Of a stretch of DNA of 64,000 nucleotides, positions 13,464 through 26,667 are shown in pieces. Position 1 is the stretch's first letter; each line of letters starts with the position of its first letter. The DNA is from Octopus sinensis (lineage: Eukaryota), in contig NC_043026.1 in assembly GCF_006345805.1 (NCBI RefSeq), positions 12,751,579-12,815,578 on the forward strand. Direction: 5' to 3'. The position numbers were made by a program, and so were the translations under genes. The notes under the pieces are model-generated. The model had not been told where the DNA came from, searched no databases, and was given only the letters and a program-made list of their open reading frames with translations.

Positions 13464-13876
13464 AAATTCATTTATCAGAATTCATTAGAACGTCCAACAA
13501 CAGCCGAAATCTTAAATCCATTCAACCAAATACAGCTACCAAACTCAGATAGTTTAATTTTAAAATAGATGGATCATAAAAAAAAAATTTAAAAAAAAGG
13601 CACGTAACGATGTAATTTAATTATTATGATATCGCTTTTGTGAAATATAGTTAAAAGCAAAAACTTACGTTTAACTTTTGCTGAGTGGCGTGAGAGCCAT
13701 AGGATGCTCACCTCTGTTTTAGAACATTCACAAAGGCCGCGGAGGACAACAAAGGACATTCGTTAAATCGTTGACGCGGTAACCATGGTGATCTGCATCA
13801 AAATAATGTTCCCCCTTTTCCCTCTTTATCTTAACATTTTTGGTTTTATTTACTAGAGAGCGGTGGGTTAACTCCT

Positions 13877-13971
13877 GTCACGTGACAGTACTTCCGTTTT
13901 CGTTACATTCTGTTTTTGACTCGGGAGAGGAACAAAAAAGTGTTTTTCTCTGTCTTCACGGAGATTTTGAT
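13877..13971 (+). promoter_or_regulatory. ZNF3 promoter / non-coding exon 1 (head-to-head with ZNF2)
   Basis: GTCACGTGAC (13877-13886), ACTTCCGTTTTCG (13890-13902), GGAGATTTTGAT|GTGAGT donor at 13972. Confidence 0.72.
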
Positions 13972-13998
13972 GTGAGTAAACATATTTTCACTTTAAAC

Positions 13999-14472
13999 AT
14001 TGATTTGTGTAGCATAACGCGTAAGATATCCACACCTATCGATCGATCGATCGTACGTGCCGGATCTCTTATCCGGCTTCCAGAAATCCGGGAATACTTA
14101 TACCGTGTATCGAGTATTCGGTTCCGCCCTCCCTTTTTCCGAAGATGACCAGGTTTTCATCTTTACACTTTGTGGGTCCTGAGGGACTGTGGCCTTCCTT
14201 GCTGCTGCCCCCCTCTCTTTAGAATCTCTGGTCATATTGATTTGTGTAGCATAACAGGTAAGATATCGACACCTATCGATCGATCGATCGTACGTGCCGG
14301 ATCTCTTATCCGGCTTCCAGAAATCCGGGAATACTTATACCGTGTATCGAGTATTCGGTTCCGCCCTTCCTTTCTTCGAAGATGACCAGGTTTTCAGCTT
14401 TACACTTTGTGGGTCCTGAGGGACTGTGGCCTTCCTTGCTGCCGCCCCCGTCTCTTTAGCTTCTCTGGTCAT
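13999..14472 (+). repeat. ~237-bp intron-1 VNTR of ZNF3 (2 units)
   Basis: ATTGATTTGTGTAGCATAAC at 13999 and 14236. Confidence 0.85.
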
Positions 14473-14699
14473 ATCTAATTCGGATTGCTTTACTCCTCCA
14501 GAGCACACAACACTACGCTTCAGTGAGCGATGTTGAGCAGAATCTTCCGCTACTACAAGCGAATAGTGGTCCCGTTGCGCGCACTCGCGCTAGCTAGTCG
14601 ATCCTAAATAATTTTTTAAACTAAGTAAATAAATTATTTTTATAAACAACGTAGGGTTAGGGTTAATAAGCTTTCTGCACATTTTCAGTATTTATTGCC

Positions 14700-15740
14700 C
14701 CTGAGCATTTGCCAAACACAAAAACTATCTTCCCAGTTTGCCTTCCTTTGACATTGTTGCACCTCTTATGTGTCCACAGCTTACACCAGGTACATCTTAT
14801 AGAGTTTCCACCTACACTTTTTCTACAGATCAAGCAGGGCCATCTACCTGAAGGCGTATGTGATTTGTCTGTCTTCCTTCTTATTAAGACTTTGGTTTTT
14901 GTTAGATTGACTCTAAGGCCCTTCTATTCTAGACCTTGCTTCCACACCTGAAACTCTAGTTCTGAAAGTGATTCAGCTATTAGAGCAAGGTCATCAGCAT
15001 TGAGAAGCTCCAAGGGATGTCCTGTCTTGAATTCCTCTGTTATTGCCTGGAGGACTATGATAAAAAGGAGGGGACTGAGGACTGAACCTTGGTGGACCCC
15101 CTACCTCTACCTGGAATTCTTCATTGTACTCATTGCCAACCCTCACCTTACTGACAGCGTCCCTGTACATGGCTTGCACAGCTCTCACTAACCATTCATC
15201 TATCCCTAGTTTCCTCATTGACCACCAGATAAGGAGGGATTGGGGGGACCCTATCAAAGGCTTTCTCCATGTCAATGAAAGCCATTTACAGAGCTTTATC
15301 TTTGGCTAGGTATTTCTCTTGCAGCTGTCTTACCAGAAATATAGCATCAGTGGTGCTTTTCGCTGGCACAAACCCAAACTGTATCTTGTCTAAGCTAACT
15401 CTCTCCCTAATTAATTGAGTTATGACCCTCTCCTTGACTTTCATTACCTAAATTATTTGTATCTAATGCATCACCTTTACCTTGGTAGCAGTTGACTATG
15501 GTGCTGCTACACCAGTCATTTGTTATGACTCCTTCGTGTATCCCTGATTGACTATATGGGTGTCTAAACTATAGCTGGCACCGCCAGATATTTTAAGAAT
15601 CTCTGTGATGATTCCTGATAGGCTGGAGACTTTCCCTTTCTTCATACCTTTAATTGCATCATCTACTGAGGTATTGCCAATTTGGATAGCTGATCTCTCT
15701 ATTGGGTCGACATTCAGCAGACTCTTCCCTCCCCCCATTC
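14700..15740 (-). mobile_element. Degraded RTE-clade LINE (RT domain and Cys-rich region)
   Basis: Fragmented frames WSMRKLGIDEWLVRAVQAMY, HQGSVLSPLLF, NADDLALIAES, WPCLICRK...RCTWCKLWTHKRC. Confidence 0.85.
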
Positions 15741-16373
15741 ATTCTCTTCATTTAATAACCTTTCATAGTGGCATCTCCTAGTCTCTGGTTTGCAGCCTCA
15801 TTAAATGCAAGTGAGCTGTCGTCCATTATGTATATGTATGTATACACACACAATGTGAAGGTGAAGTTGGAGTTCACAAATTGTTAGGTTGTACCCAATG
15901 TTATATGATGTCGTTTGTTAATCAATATAGAAATGTAACAATCCTATTTTGATCTCTCCTCTCTATCTAAATACTGTTTCTTTATTATTTCAGATTCACA
16001 GATGACATTGGCATGAAACAACTTTTGTACATTGGAGACATCTGGAATATTTATCAGTTTTTTAAAGACTAGAGGAAAATATTATAGAGAACAGATATAA
16101 TAACCCAACTGCTATAAATCCAGGATTGAATTACTGTGAAATATTTGCCCTGAGCAACATTTCTCCATCTCCTTACCTGTTGCTTTTGCATTCTAATTAA
16201 ACTTGAATATATTTCTAAAGGGGTTTGCAGCATCTTTAGATATTGATAAAGATCACAGTTGATTACAGTAGAAATATTTCTAAGGAAAAGGAAAAGGAAA
16301 TTATATTCTGTGTTGAGAGAAGAAAGACAAGGGAAAAGTTTAATGGTTGGATCCATTTGTATTCCTTAGAGAA

Positions 16374-17570
16374 ATGTCAAAAGATTTAGGAGAATCACAA
16401 CATGGTTGTGAAATCTGTGGTAAATCCTTCCCCACAGGTAATGATTTGGTTAAGCACATTTGTTTTCATACAGGTGAGAAGCCATTTCACTGTGATACCT
16501 GTGGTAAATCCTTCTCTCAAAACGGTAGCTTGAGTAAACACAGGCGTATTCACACAGGAGAGAAACCATTTCACTGTGATGTCTGTGGTAAATCTTTCAC
16601 GTTAAACAGTACCTTATTTGTGCATAAAAATATTCATTCTGCGGAAAAACCGTATAATTGTGATGTCTGTGGTAAATCATTCTCTGCAAGTAGCACCTTA
16701 ATTAAACATATACGTATCCACACAGGAGAGAAACCATATGAATGTGATATCTGCGGACAGGCATTCACTGAGGATGGTCAATTAAAAAGTCACAGGCGTA
16801 TTCACACAGGTGAGAGACCTTATCAGTGTGATATCTGTGGTGAATCATTCTCTGTAAGTAGCACCTTAACTAAACATATACGTATCCACACAGGAGAGAA
16901 ACCATATGAATGTAATATCTGCGGAAAGGCATTCACTGAGGATGGTCAGTTAAAAAGGCACAGGCGTATTCACACAGGAGAGAGGCCATATCAGTGTGAT
17001 ATCTGTAGTAAAACGTTCCCTGGAATTACTGACTTGAATACACACAAACGTATTCATACAAGGGAGAGACCATATCAGTGTGATATCTGTGGTAAATCTT
17101 TCACTTTAAACAGTACCTTGTTTATGCATAAAAATATTCATTCTGCAGGAAAACCATATAATTGTGATGTCTGTGGTAAATCATTCTCTGCAAGTAGTAC
17201 CTTAACTAAACATATACGTATCCACACAGGAGAGAAACCATGTGAATGTAATATCTGTGGAAAGGCATTCACTGAGGATGGTCAATTAAGAAGACACAGG
17301 CGTATTCACACAGGTGAGAGACCATATCAGTGTGATATCTGTAGTAAATCATTCGCTGGAATTACTGACTTGAATACACACAAACGTATTCATACAGGTG
17401 AGAGACCATATCAGTGTGATATCTGTAGCAAATCATTCTCTGCCAACTCTAGCTTCATTCGACACAAACGTGTTCATACAGGTGAGAAGCCACATCGCTG
17501 TGATATCTGTGGCAAAGCATTCTCTCAAAACAGTGATTTAACTAAACACAAAGGTATTCACACAGTGTGA
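16374..17570 (+). CDS. ZNF3: C2H2 zinc-finger protein, 14 fingers, 398 aa
   Basis: ATG at 16374; acceptor ends at 15993; terminates at a linker deletion (CACAG|TGTGA). Confidence 0.92.
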   Translation: MSKDLGESQHGCEICGKSFPTGNDLVKHICFHTGEKPFHCDTCGKSFSQNGSLSKHRRIHTGEKPFHCDVCGKSFTLNSTLFVHKNIHSAEKPYNCDVCGKSFSASSTLIKHIRIHTGEKPYECDICGQAFTEDGQLKSHRRIHTGERPYQCDICGESFSVSSTLTKHIRIHTGEKPYECNICGKAFTEDGQLKRHRRIHTGERPYQCDICSKTFPGITDLNTHKRIHTRERPYQCDICGKSFTLNSTLFMHKNIHSAGKPYNCDVCGKSFSASSTLTKHIRIHTGEKPCECNICGKAFTEDGQLRRHRRIHTGERPYQCDICSKSFAGITDLNTHKRIHTGERPYQCDICSKSFSANSSFIRHKRVHTGEKPHRCDICGKAFSQNSDLTKHKGIHTV

Positions 17571-17811
17571 TAAATCTGTGGTAAATCATTCTCTGGAATT
17601 ACTGACTTGACTACAGACAAACGTTTTCATACAGGTGAGGAGCCATTTCACTGTGATACCTGTGGTAAATCCTTCTCTGACAACCCCGAACTTAACACGA
17701 CACCAACGTATTCATTCAGGGGAGAGACTATATCACTGTAGTATCTGGGGTTAAACATTCTCTCGGAGAAGTAACTTAACTACACATGCATCTGTCCATG
17801 TAAAAGTGTGA
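17565..17811 (+). pseudogene. About three decayed zinc fingers downstream of the ZNF3 stop
   Basis: Finger-like codons with frameshifts, ending in the family terminus [13 protein letters not shown]. Confidence 0.8.
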
Positions 17812-18061
17812 TTGCATCATTGTCAAACATCGTTAAAACACCCAACAACAATTAATATTTGCCAACCTGGTGACCTCTTCTGCAGGCAATGTAGTTGTAA
17901 GAGATGAAGATGAATCTAATCCCACTACTTGCCAGCAAAGCAAGGCCCAACTCTGCCAGACATGAATGTTGGTCAAGTGTGGCCGGGAACCAAACCTAAA
18001 GAGATGCTCCCCTGTGGCTCTCAAAGCCTCAACAAGAACAACAGAATCAACAAAACTAATG

Positions 18062-18865
18062 CAGCTTCACTGCAACCAACAACAGCTGACTTGGCAGACA
18101 CCCATAAAATTATTAACCATCTTACAAACAATAACTCTGAGCACCTTTTCAAACTCCACCTGTCTAACACCTATGGACATGTTTGCAAAGTCAGAAAACA
18201 GCACAGCTCCCATGACTTCAGAAAACATTTTTCACGCTAAGAGTTGCTGAAGCATGGAACAAACTGCCAGCATCAGTTGTTAGTTGTCGGAGCACTGCAT
18301 CCTTCAAAACTTCCATGCTTCCTGAGATTCGCCAACACTACACCTGATTTTCTACACACGCAAGCATGTATCTGACAACCAAGAGAATACCCTCCATCAG
18401 GCATTTGCCATATTATGAACGCCTTACTTCCCTGGGCATGGACACATTGAAACTCCGACGTCTGGCAGCTGACTTGGCAGACACCCATAAAGTTATTAAC
18501 CATTGCACAAACAATAACTCTGAGCACCTTTTCAAACTCCACCCATGGTCATATTTACAAAGTCAGCAAACAGCACAGCTCCCAAGACTTCAGGAAACAT
18601 TTTTTCATGCTAAGAGTTGCTGAAGCATGGAACAAACTGCCGGCATCACTTGTTAGTTGTCGGAGCACTGCATCCTTCAAAACTTCCATGCTTCCTGAGA
18701 TTCGCCAACACTACACCTGATTTTCTCCCCTCCATACACACACAAGCATGTATCTGACTCATACATTGTTCGCTTTCCAGACATTTCTACATTACTGCAT
18801 ATACTTTATACGCACTTTCTGACAAGTTGTGGTGCACCTGAGCACTGTATACAATAATTTCATTA
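18062..18865 (+). mobile_element. CR1-like LINE 3' ends, two in tandem
   Basis: Homologous to 27850-28160 (HKIINHLTNNNSEHLF...WNKLPASVV); block repeated twice; mirror arm has one copy. Confidence 0.85.
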
Positions 18866-19164
18866 TATTTAAGATTTTATTAAAAATATCGCAATGCTAA
18901 GTTATCTCCCTTGCATAGATAGAGTCGTGGACAAGATGTATATATGAAACGGTGCCCTCCAACCTTTTTTCTACAATGGACCGGCTTCATGCCAGACAAT
19001 AATTATGCGGACCGGTTGTGGTACATGGATGATTCCATTGCATTTCGATTCAGAGGGGAAATAATAAAAGAGTGATTTATTAAAGAGAAGACAAAGTGTA
19101 TAATTTTTTTCTCTCTCGTGTAGCGAATTTCTTTCGAATCTGAAAATTAGTTGAATTACATACT

Positions 19165-19545
19165 CTCTTTCTTGTTTCAGTAATTTGACTGCGGCCATGC
19201 TGGAGCACCGCCTTTAATCGAGCAACTCGACCCCAGGACTTGTTCTTTTGTAAGCCCAGTACTTATTCTATCGGTCTCTTTTGCCGAACCGCTAAGTAAC
19301 GGGGACATAAACACACCAGCATCGGTTGTCAAGCAATGATACGGGGGACAAACACAGACACACACGCATATATATATATACATATATACGACGGGCTTCT
19401 TTCAGTTTCCGTCTACCAAATCCACTCACAAGACTGTGGTCGGCCTGGGGCTATAGCAGAAGGCACTTGCCCAAGGTGCCACACAGTGGGACTGAACCCG
19501 GAACCATGTGGTTGGTAAACAAGCTACTTACCACTCCTGCGCCTA
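19165..19545 (-). mobile_element. SINE family A
   Basis: Reverse copy; mirrored at 50282-50695. Confidence 0.9.
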
Positions 19546-20705
19546 TAAATAAAAAATATACATTAATTGCAAAATGTAGCCAATGTTATTATAGATAGTA
19601 AAGGTAGACGTAAAATACTCAGTAATTATAGAATTATACTTTAATTATAAATGTGGTTACGTTATGAGAGTATTGAGCAGAGATGAATATTGAATATTTA
19701 AACAATTCTTTTAAAATTCAAGTCCAATATTCAATTTAATTATTATATAATTTTAAACAAATGAATTATTTCTTTGCAGCCTGGTAGCAAAAGTTCCACA
19801 GGTGGGTTCCGATATGCAATCCGTTGGTTGGGACTTCTCATATAAAATACAAAGTCCGTAGTTGCTCTCATATACAAGATTACATTGTCTGTCCTGTGTC
19901 CATTTATGGTTCTAGAAGATATTTTATATTTATGGTTACATAAGATACATATTTTGAGAAGCAATTTCGACATAGTATTTGTATCCAGTTTGGAACAGAA
20001 GTGGAAACAGATAGAATCCCATCTCCCTGTCTGTTGCCAGGGGCTACAAACAGAGAAACAGGTAAAAGAAGAAAAGAATATATTCAGCTGAATTTTATTT
20101 GTTCATCAATATTTTCTTTTTGTTTGATCAATATATGGTCACTTCACCTGCTAGAAACAACAGCTAAATTCTATGCAATTTAAGCCTTCTGGTTCTGAAA
20201 ATTAAAGACTACTTGCTGATGTAATGCTGGATAAAGAACGTCAGAAAAAAAAACTGGAGAGTCATGGATGGAATGTAACTGCATCTGCTGAAGAAGTCTG
20301 AGGATTAATATGCAAGAGAAAGAGAAAGACTGTTGCAGTGAGGGAGGTGGGTTTGTGAGTGTAAGAGGAGAGTGGGAGGTAGACAGGGGAGGAAAAGGGA
20401 GGGGGATGCAGTGAGTGGTGAAGCTTTGTATATTGAGGAGCAGAAAGAGAGAAATGATACAGTTGGAAGTGGGAGACTAGAAGACAGAGAGAGGAGAGAG
20501 TGGTGTTGGGGAGGAGGTGGAGGAAAGGGATTGTAGTGGATGATGAGGTGTAGTGGGGGGGGGGAGAAGACATAATACACACCCTAATAAGGGACAGTCC
20601 AGGGGAAAGGAGGGGACTCCACTGAGATGAATGTCTGTCTTGGCATTGGTCCCATGTATTAACACCATCACAGAAGTTACAAGGTCTTCTAAACACTATC
20701 AGTGG

Positions 20706-20736
<31 letters not shown>

Positions 20737-20817
20737 TCCAGGGAAAATAATCTCTGTAAATATTTAAAGAGCAACAGTATTGAATCACCAAATTAAGATT
20801 TAGATGAAGATCAGGAT

Positions 20818-23800
20818 TTACTGAAGATTTTGGATTTCCATTTCCAGTCAACTTCTGCTCTGAAACTTCTCCAGTCTCAACAAATTGGGTCCAGATGTCA
20901 TTGCAGAGCTTCTTGCATCAATCGAGGGCATTCATAATACAATTCATGGCATTTGCATTCTTCTTCATTCACCCGGGTCTCTTATTACTGAAGATTTTGG
21001 ATTTCCATTTCCAGTCAACTTCTGCTCTGAAACTTCTCCAGTCTCAACAAATTGGGTCCAGATGTCATTGCAGAGCTTCTTGCATCAATCGAGGGCATTC
21101 ATAATACAATTCATGGCATTTGCATTCTTCTTCATTCACCCGGGTCTCTTATTACTGAAGATTTTGGATTTCCATTTCCAGTCAACTTCTGCTCTGAAAC
21201 TTCTCCAGTCTCAACAAATTGGGTCCAGATGTCATTGCAGAGCTTCTTGCATCAATCGAGGGCATTCATAATACAATTCATGGCATTTGCATTCTTCTTC
21301 ATTCACCCGGGTCTCTTATTACTGAAGATTTTGGATTTCCATTTCCAGTCAACCTCTGCTCTGAAACTTCTCCAGTCTCAACAAATTGGGTCCAGATGTC
21401 ATTGCAGAGCTTCTTGCATCAATCGAGGGCATTCATAATACAATTCATGGCATTTGCATTCTTCTTCATTCACCCAGGTCTCTTATTACTGAAGAATTTG
21501 GATTTCCATTTCCAGTCAACTTCTGCTCTGAAACTTCTCCAGTCTCAACAAATTGGGTCCAGATGTCATTGCAGAGCTTCTTGCATCAATCGAGGGCATT
21601 CATAATACAATTCATGGCATTTGCATTCTTCTTCATTCACCCGGGTCTCTTATTACTGAAGATTTTGGATTTCCATTTCCAGTCAACTTCTGCTCTGAAA
21701 CTTCTCCAGTCTCAACAAATTGGGTCCAGATGTCATTGCAGAGCTTCTTGCATCAATCGAGGGCATTCATAATACAATTCATGGCATTTGCATTCTTCTT
21801 CATTCACCCGGGTCTCTTATTACTGAAGATTTTGGATTTCCATTTCCAGTCAACTTCTGCTCTGAAACTTCTCCAGTCTCAACAAATTGGGTCCAGATGT
21901 CATTGCAGAGCTTCTTGCATCAATCGAGGGCATTCATAATACAATTCATGGCATTTGCATTCTTCTTCATTCACCCGGTCTCTTATTACTGAAGATTTTG
22001 GATTTCCATTTCCAGTCAACCTCTGCTCTGAAACTTCTCCAGTCTCAACAAATTGGGTCCAGATGTCATTGCAGAGCTTCTTGCATCAATCGAGGGCATT
22101 CATAATACAATTCATGGCATTTGCATTCTTCTTCATTCACCCAGGTCTCTTATTACTGAAGATTTTGGATTTCCATTTCCAGTCAACTTCTGCTCTGAAA
22201 CTTCTCCAGTCTCAACAAATTAGGTCCAGATGTCATTGCAGAGCTTCTTGCATCAATCGAGGGCATTCATAATACAATTCATGGCATTTGCATTCTTCTT
22301 CATTCACCCAGGTCTCTTATTACTGAAGATTTTGGATTTCCATTTCCAGTCAACTTCTGCTCTGAAACTTCTCCAGTCTCAACAAATTGGGTCCAGATGT
22401 CATTGCAGAGCTTCTTGCATCAATCGAGGGCATTCATAATACAATTCATGGCATTTGCATTCTTCTTCATTCACCCAGGTCTCTTATTACTGAAGATTTT
22501 GGATTTCCATTTCCAGTCAACTTCTGCTCTGAAACTTCTCCAGTCTCAACAAATTGGGTCCAGATGTCATTGCAGAGCTTCTTGCATCAATCGAGGGCAT
22601 TCATAATACAATTCATGGCATTTGCATTCTTCTTCATTCACCCGGTCTCTTATTACTGAAGATTTTGGATTTCCATTTCCAGTCAACTTCTGCTCTGAAA
22701 CTTCTCCAGTCTCAACAAATTGGGTCCAGATGTCATTGCAGAGCTTCTTGCATCAATCGAGGGCATTCATAATACAATTCATGGCATTTGCATTCTTCTT
22801 CATTCACCCAGGTCTCTTATTACTGAAGATTTTGGATTTCCATTTCCAGTCAACTTCTGCTCTGAAACTTCTCCAGTCTCAACAAATTGGGTCCAGATGT
22901 CATTGCAGAGCTTCTTGCATCAATCGAGGGCATTCATAATACAATTCATGGCATTTGCATTCTTCTTCATTCACCCAGGTCTCTTATTACTGAAGATTTT
23001 GGATTTCATTTCCAGTCAACTTCTGCTCTGAAACTTCTCCAGTCTCAACAAATTGGGTCCAGATGTCATTGCAGAGCTTCTTGCATCAATCGAGGGCATT
23101 CATAATACAATTCATGGCATTTGCATTCTTCTTCATTCACCCAGGTCTCTTATTACTGAAGATTTTGGATTTACCATTTCCAGTCAACTTCTGCTCTGAA
23201 ACTTCTCCAGTCTCAACAAATTGGGTCCAGATGTCATTGCAGAGCTTCTTGCATCAATCGAGGGCATTCATAATACAATTCATGGCATTTGCATTCTTCT
23301 TCATTCACCCAGGTCTCTTATTACTGAAGATTTTGGATTTACATTTCCAGTCAACTTCTGCTCTGAAACTTCTCCAGTCTCAACAAATTGGGTCCAGATG
23401 TCATTGCAGAGCTTCTTGCATCAATCGAGGGCATTCATAATACAATTCATGGCATTTGCATTCTTCTTCATTCACCCAGGTCTCTTATTACTGAAGATTT
23501 TGGATTTACATTTCCAGTCAACTTCTGCTCTGAAACTTCTCCAGTCTCAACAAATTGGGTCCAGATGTCATTGCAGAGCTTCTTGCATCAATCGAGGGCA
23601 TTCATAATACAATTCATGGCATTTGCATTCTTCTTCATTCACCCAGGTCTCTTATTACTGAAGATTTTGGATTTACATTTCCAGTCAACTTCTGCTCTGA
23701 AACTTCTCCAGTCTCAACAAATTGGGTCCAGATGTCATTGCAGAGCTTCTTGCATCAATCGAGGGCATTCATAATACAATTCATGGCATTTGCATTCTTC

Positions 23801-24326
23801 TTCATTCACCCAGGTCTCTTATTACTGAAGATTTTGGATTACATTTCCAGTCAACTTCTGCTCTGAAACTTCTCCAGTCTCAACAAATTGGGTCCAGATG
23901 TCATTGCAGAGCTTCTTGCATCAATCGAGGGCATTCATAATACAATTCATGGCATTTGCATTCTTCTTCATTCACCCAGGTCTCTTATTACTGAAGATTT
24001 TGGATTTACATTTCCAGTCAACTTCTGCTCTGAAACTTCTCCAGTCTCAAAAATTGGGTCCAGATGTCATTGCAGAGCTTCTTGCATCAATCGAGGGCAT
24101 TCATAATACAATTCATGGCATTTGCATTCTTCTTCATTCACCCGGGTCTCTTATTACTGAAGATTTTGGATTTCCATTTCCAGTCAACCTCTGCTCTGAA
24201 ACTTCTCCAGTCTCAACAAATTGGGTCCAGATGTCATTGCAGAGCTTCTTGCATCAATCGAGGGCATTCATAATACAATTCATGGCATTTGCATTCTTCT
24301 TCATTCACCCGGGTCTCTTATTACTG
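20818..24326 (+). repeat. 167-bp tandem array, 21 units
   Basis: TTACTG boundary at 20818 and 24321 (3503 bp = 21 x 167 less a few 1-bp indels); ORF track repeats every 167 bp. Confidence 0.97.
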
Positions 24327-25118
24327 TGCAGCACCACATATGTTTATGATAAAATTTCACTTCTACACAGAGAATATCCAGATTCTTGTCTTTGGTAAGG
24401 CTCCAAGGTCATGTTTTTTTGGGGTTTTTTTTCACAAAACACTCGACAGATTCGAGAAATGGTTTGTCCGCAACCTTATGCCTCTTCTTGGGAGTGTAAG
24501 AAACAACATTGCCCTGTCTTCTTTTTTCTCCAAAACACAATCTTCAACTTGGTCCTGAATAGAATGGATAGAATACACATTCATGTGCTTGCCTGTCTGT
24601 GTTTGTGTATATATGCACCTCTGTCTCCTTGCGTGTGTGTGTGTTTATGTAACTATGTACCATGTTTGTATGTATGGATGTGCATCTTTATATGTGAGGA
24701 TCTGTGTCTCCAAATGTGTCTGTTCATATAGTCTACATACCTATCCGTCTGTATATTGATCTGTATATTGATAACAGCTTGTTATCACACACACATATCT
24801 TTTTTTTACTATGTGAATAAATTTATGTTTACAAGTTATTTTCTGAATGGAATGGATTTTAAAAAGCAACCTGTGTCCAGGTAAACTATGTGAATGCCAG
24901 GTAAGAATCTACTAAAGTGGCTGAAGTGGTTGGCATAGGGAAGGGCATCTGGCTGTAAAAAAACCATCTCAATGTGGTAACTTTGATGAGTATGGTTTCT
25001 GTCAGGAGTTAATGATTGCTGTTAAGGGCACAAAGGTTAAGCCGTGATTTACCAGAGAGAATGGTTTTAAGATTTCGGCTGTTGTTGGATGTTCTAATGA
25101 ATTCTGACAATGATACAA

Positions 25119-26066
25119 TCACACTTTTACATGGACAGATGCATGTGTAGTTAAGTTACTTCTCTGAGAGAAAGATTTTCCACAGATATCACAATTATAT
25201 GGCATCTCACCTGTATGAATATGTTTGTGTTTAGTTAAATTTGAGTTGTCAGAGAATGATTTGCCACAGATATCACAGTGATGTGGTTTTTCTCTCGTAT
25301 GAATACGTTTGTGAGTAGTTAAGCTGTTGCTCTGAGAGAATGATTTATCACAGATGTCACAGTGATATGGTTTCTCCCCTGTATGAACACGTCTGTGCTT
25401 AATTAAGTTCTGTTTTGCAGTGAATGATTTACCACAGGTGTCACACTGATATGGTCTTTCCCCTGTGTGAATATATTTGTGAGTAGTTAACACACTATTT
25501 TGAAAGAATGATGTACCACAGATATTGCAGCGATATGGCTTCTTTCCTGTGTGAATACGTTTGTGTGTTGTTAAGGCATTACCTTCAGAGAATGACTTAC
25601 CACAGGTAACACATTGAAATGGCTTTTCTCCTGTATGAAAACGTTTGTGTCCGTGTAAGTGACCATACAAAGTGAATGCCTTACCACAGATATCACAGGG
25701 ATATGGTTTCTCTCCTGTGTGAATATATTTGTGTTTAGTTAACGTACTACTTGCAGAGAATGATTTACCACAGACATCACAGTGAAATGGTTTCTCCCCT
25801 GTATGGATACGCTTGTGATATGTTAAATGACAATTATGAGAGAATGATTTACCACAGGTATCACAGTCAAATGGCCGCTCCCCGGTATGAATACGTTTAT
25901 GTCCAGTTAAGTGATGTCTTAGAGAGAATGATTTACCACAGGTATCACAGTCAAATGGCTTCTCACCTGTATGAACACGAATGTGTTTAATCAAATCATT
26001 ACCTGTGTGGAAGAATTTACCACAGATTTCACACCAATGTTGTGATTCTCTCAGTTCTTTTGACAT
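25119..26066 (-). CDS. ZNF4: C2H2 zinc-finger protein, 11 fingers, 315 aa
   Basis: Intact ORF; acceptor at 26470-26472; donors at 28897 and 29903. Confidence 0.93.
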   Translation of the reverse strand: MSKELRESQHWCEICGKFFHTGNDLIKHIRVHTGEKPFDCDTCGKSFSLRHHLTGHKRIHTGERPFDCDTCGKSFSHNCHLTYHKRIHTGEKPFHCDVCGKSFSASSTLTKHKYIHTGEKPYPCDICGKAFTLYGHLHGHKRFHTGEKPFQCVTCGKSFSEGNALTTHKRIHTGKKPYRCNICGTSFFQNSVLTTHKYIHTGERPYQCDTCGKSFTAKQNLIKHRRVHTGEKPYHCDICDKSFSQSNSLTTHKRIHTREKPHHCDICGKSFSDNSNLTKHKHIHTGEMPYNCDICGKSFSQRSNLTTHASVHVKV

Positions 26067-26612
26067 TTCTCTAAAGGATACAAATCAACCCAACCATTGA
26101 AGTTTCTCACAGTATCAAATTTTTCCTTTACCGTTCTTCTCTGACCAAATCATATAATTTCCTTTTTCTTGTTCTTTTGTAATAATTTATTCCTCAGAAA
26201 TATTTCTACTGCTATCAACAGTGATCATTATCAATATCTAAAGATGCTGTTTAATTAGAATGCAAAAGCACCGGGTAATGAGATGGAGAAATGTTGCTAT
26301 GAATCTCAGGTGAGAGCCAATATTTCACAGCAATCCAACCCTAGATTTATAGCAGTAGGGTTATTATATCTGTTCCCTAAGACATTTTCCTTTAGTCTTT
26401 AAGACATGATAGATATTCCAGATGTATCCAATATACAGAAGTCGTTTTGTGCCTATGTCATCTGTGAATCTGAAATAATAAAGAAACAGTTTTAGATAGA
26501 GAGGAGAGATCAAAATGGAAATGTTACAACATTTCTTTATAAATTAACAAATGGCATCATATAACATTGGGTGAAATCTAAAAATCTGTAGACTACAACT
26601 ACTCCATCACAC

Positions 26613-26661
<49 letters not shown>

Positions 26662-26667
26662 ATTCAC

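Noticed and set aside
14655-14667. TTAGGG telomere-like motifs (also ~13030, 55445, 63350)
   Set aside because: Only 1-2 units each, inside MITE/Helentron-like repeats; not interstitial telomere arrays.
20262-20774. Pro/Leu/Ser-rich ORFs and G-rich purine tract (mirror 49203-49604)
   Set aside because: Low-complexity GA-rich sequence; frames differ between the two arms.
20818-24326. CRISPR-like regular array
   Set aside because: Whole units are identical with no unique spacers; eukaryotic context and no cas genes.
20885-24398. Many 69-166 aa ORFs (MGPDVIAELL..., MSLQSFLHQ...)
   Set aside because: Produced by frame rotation through a 167-bp unit that is not a multiple of 3; stops recur in every unit.
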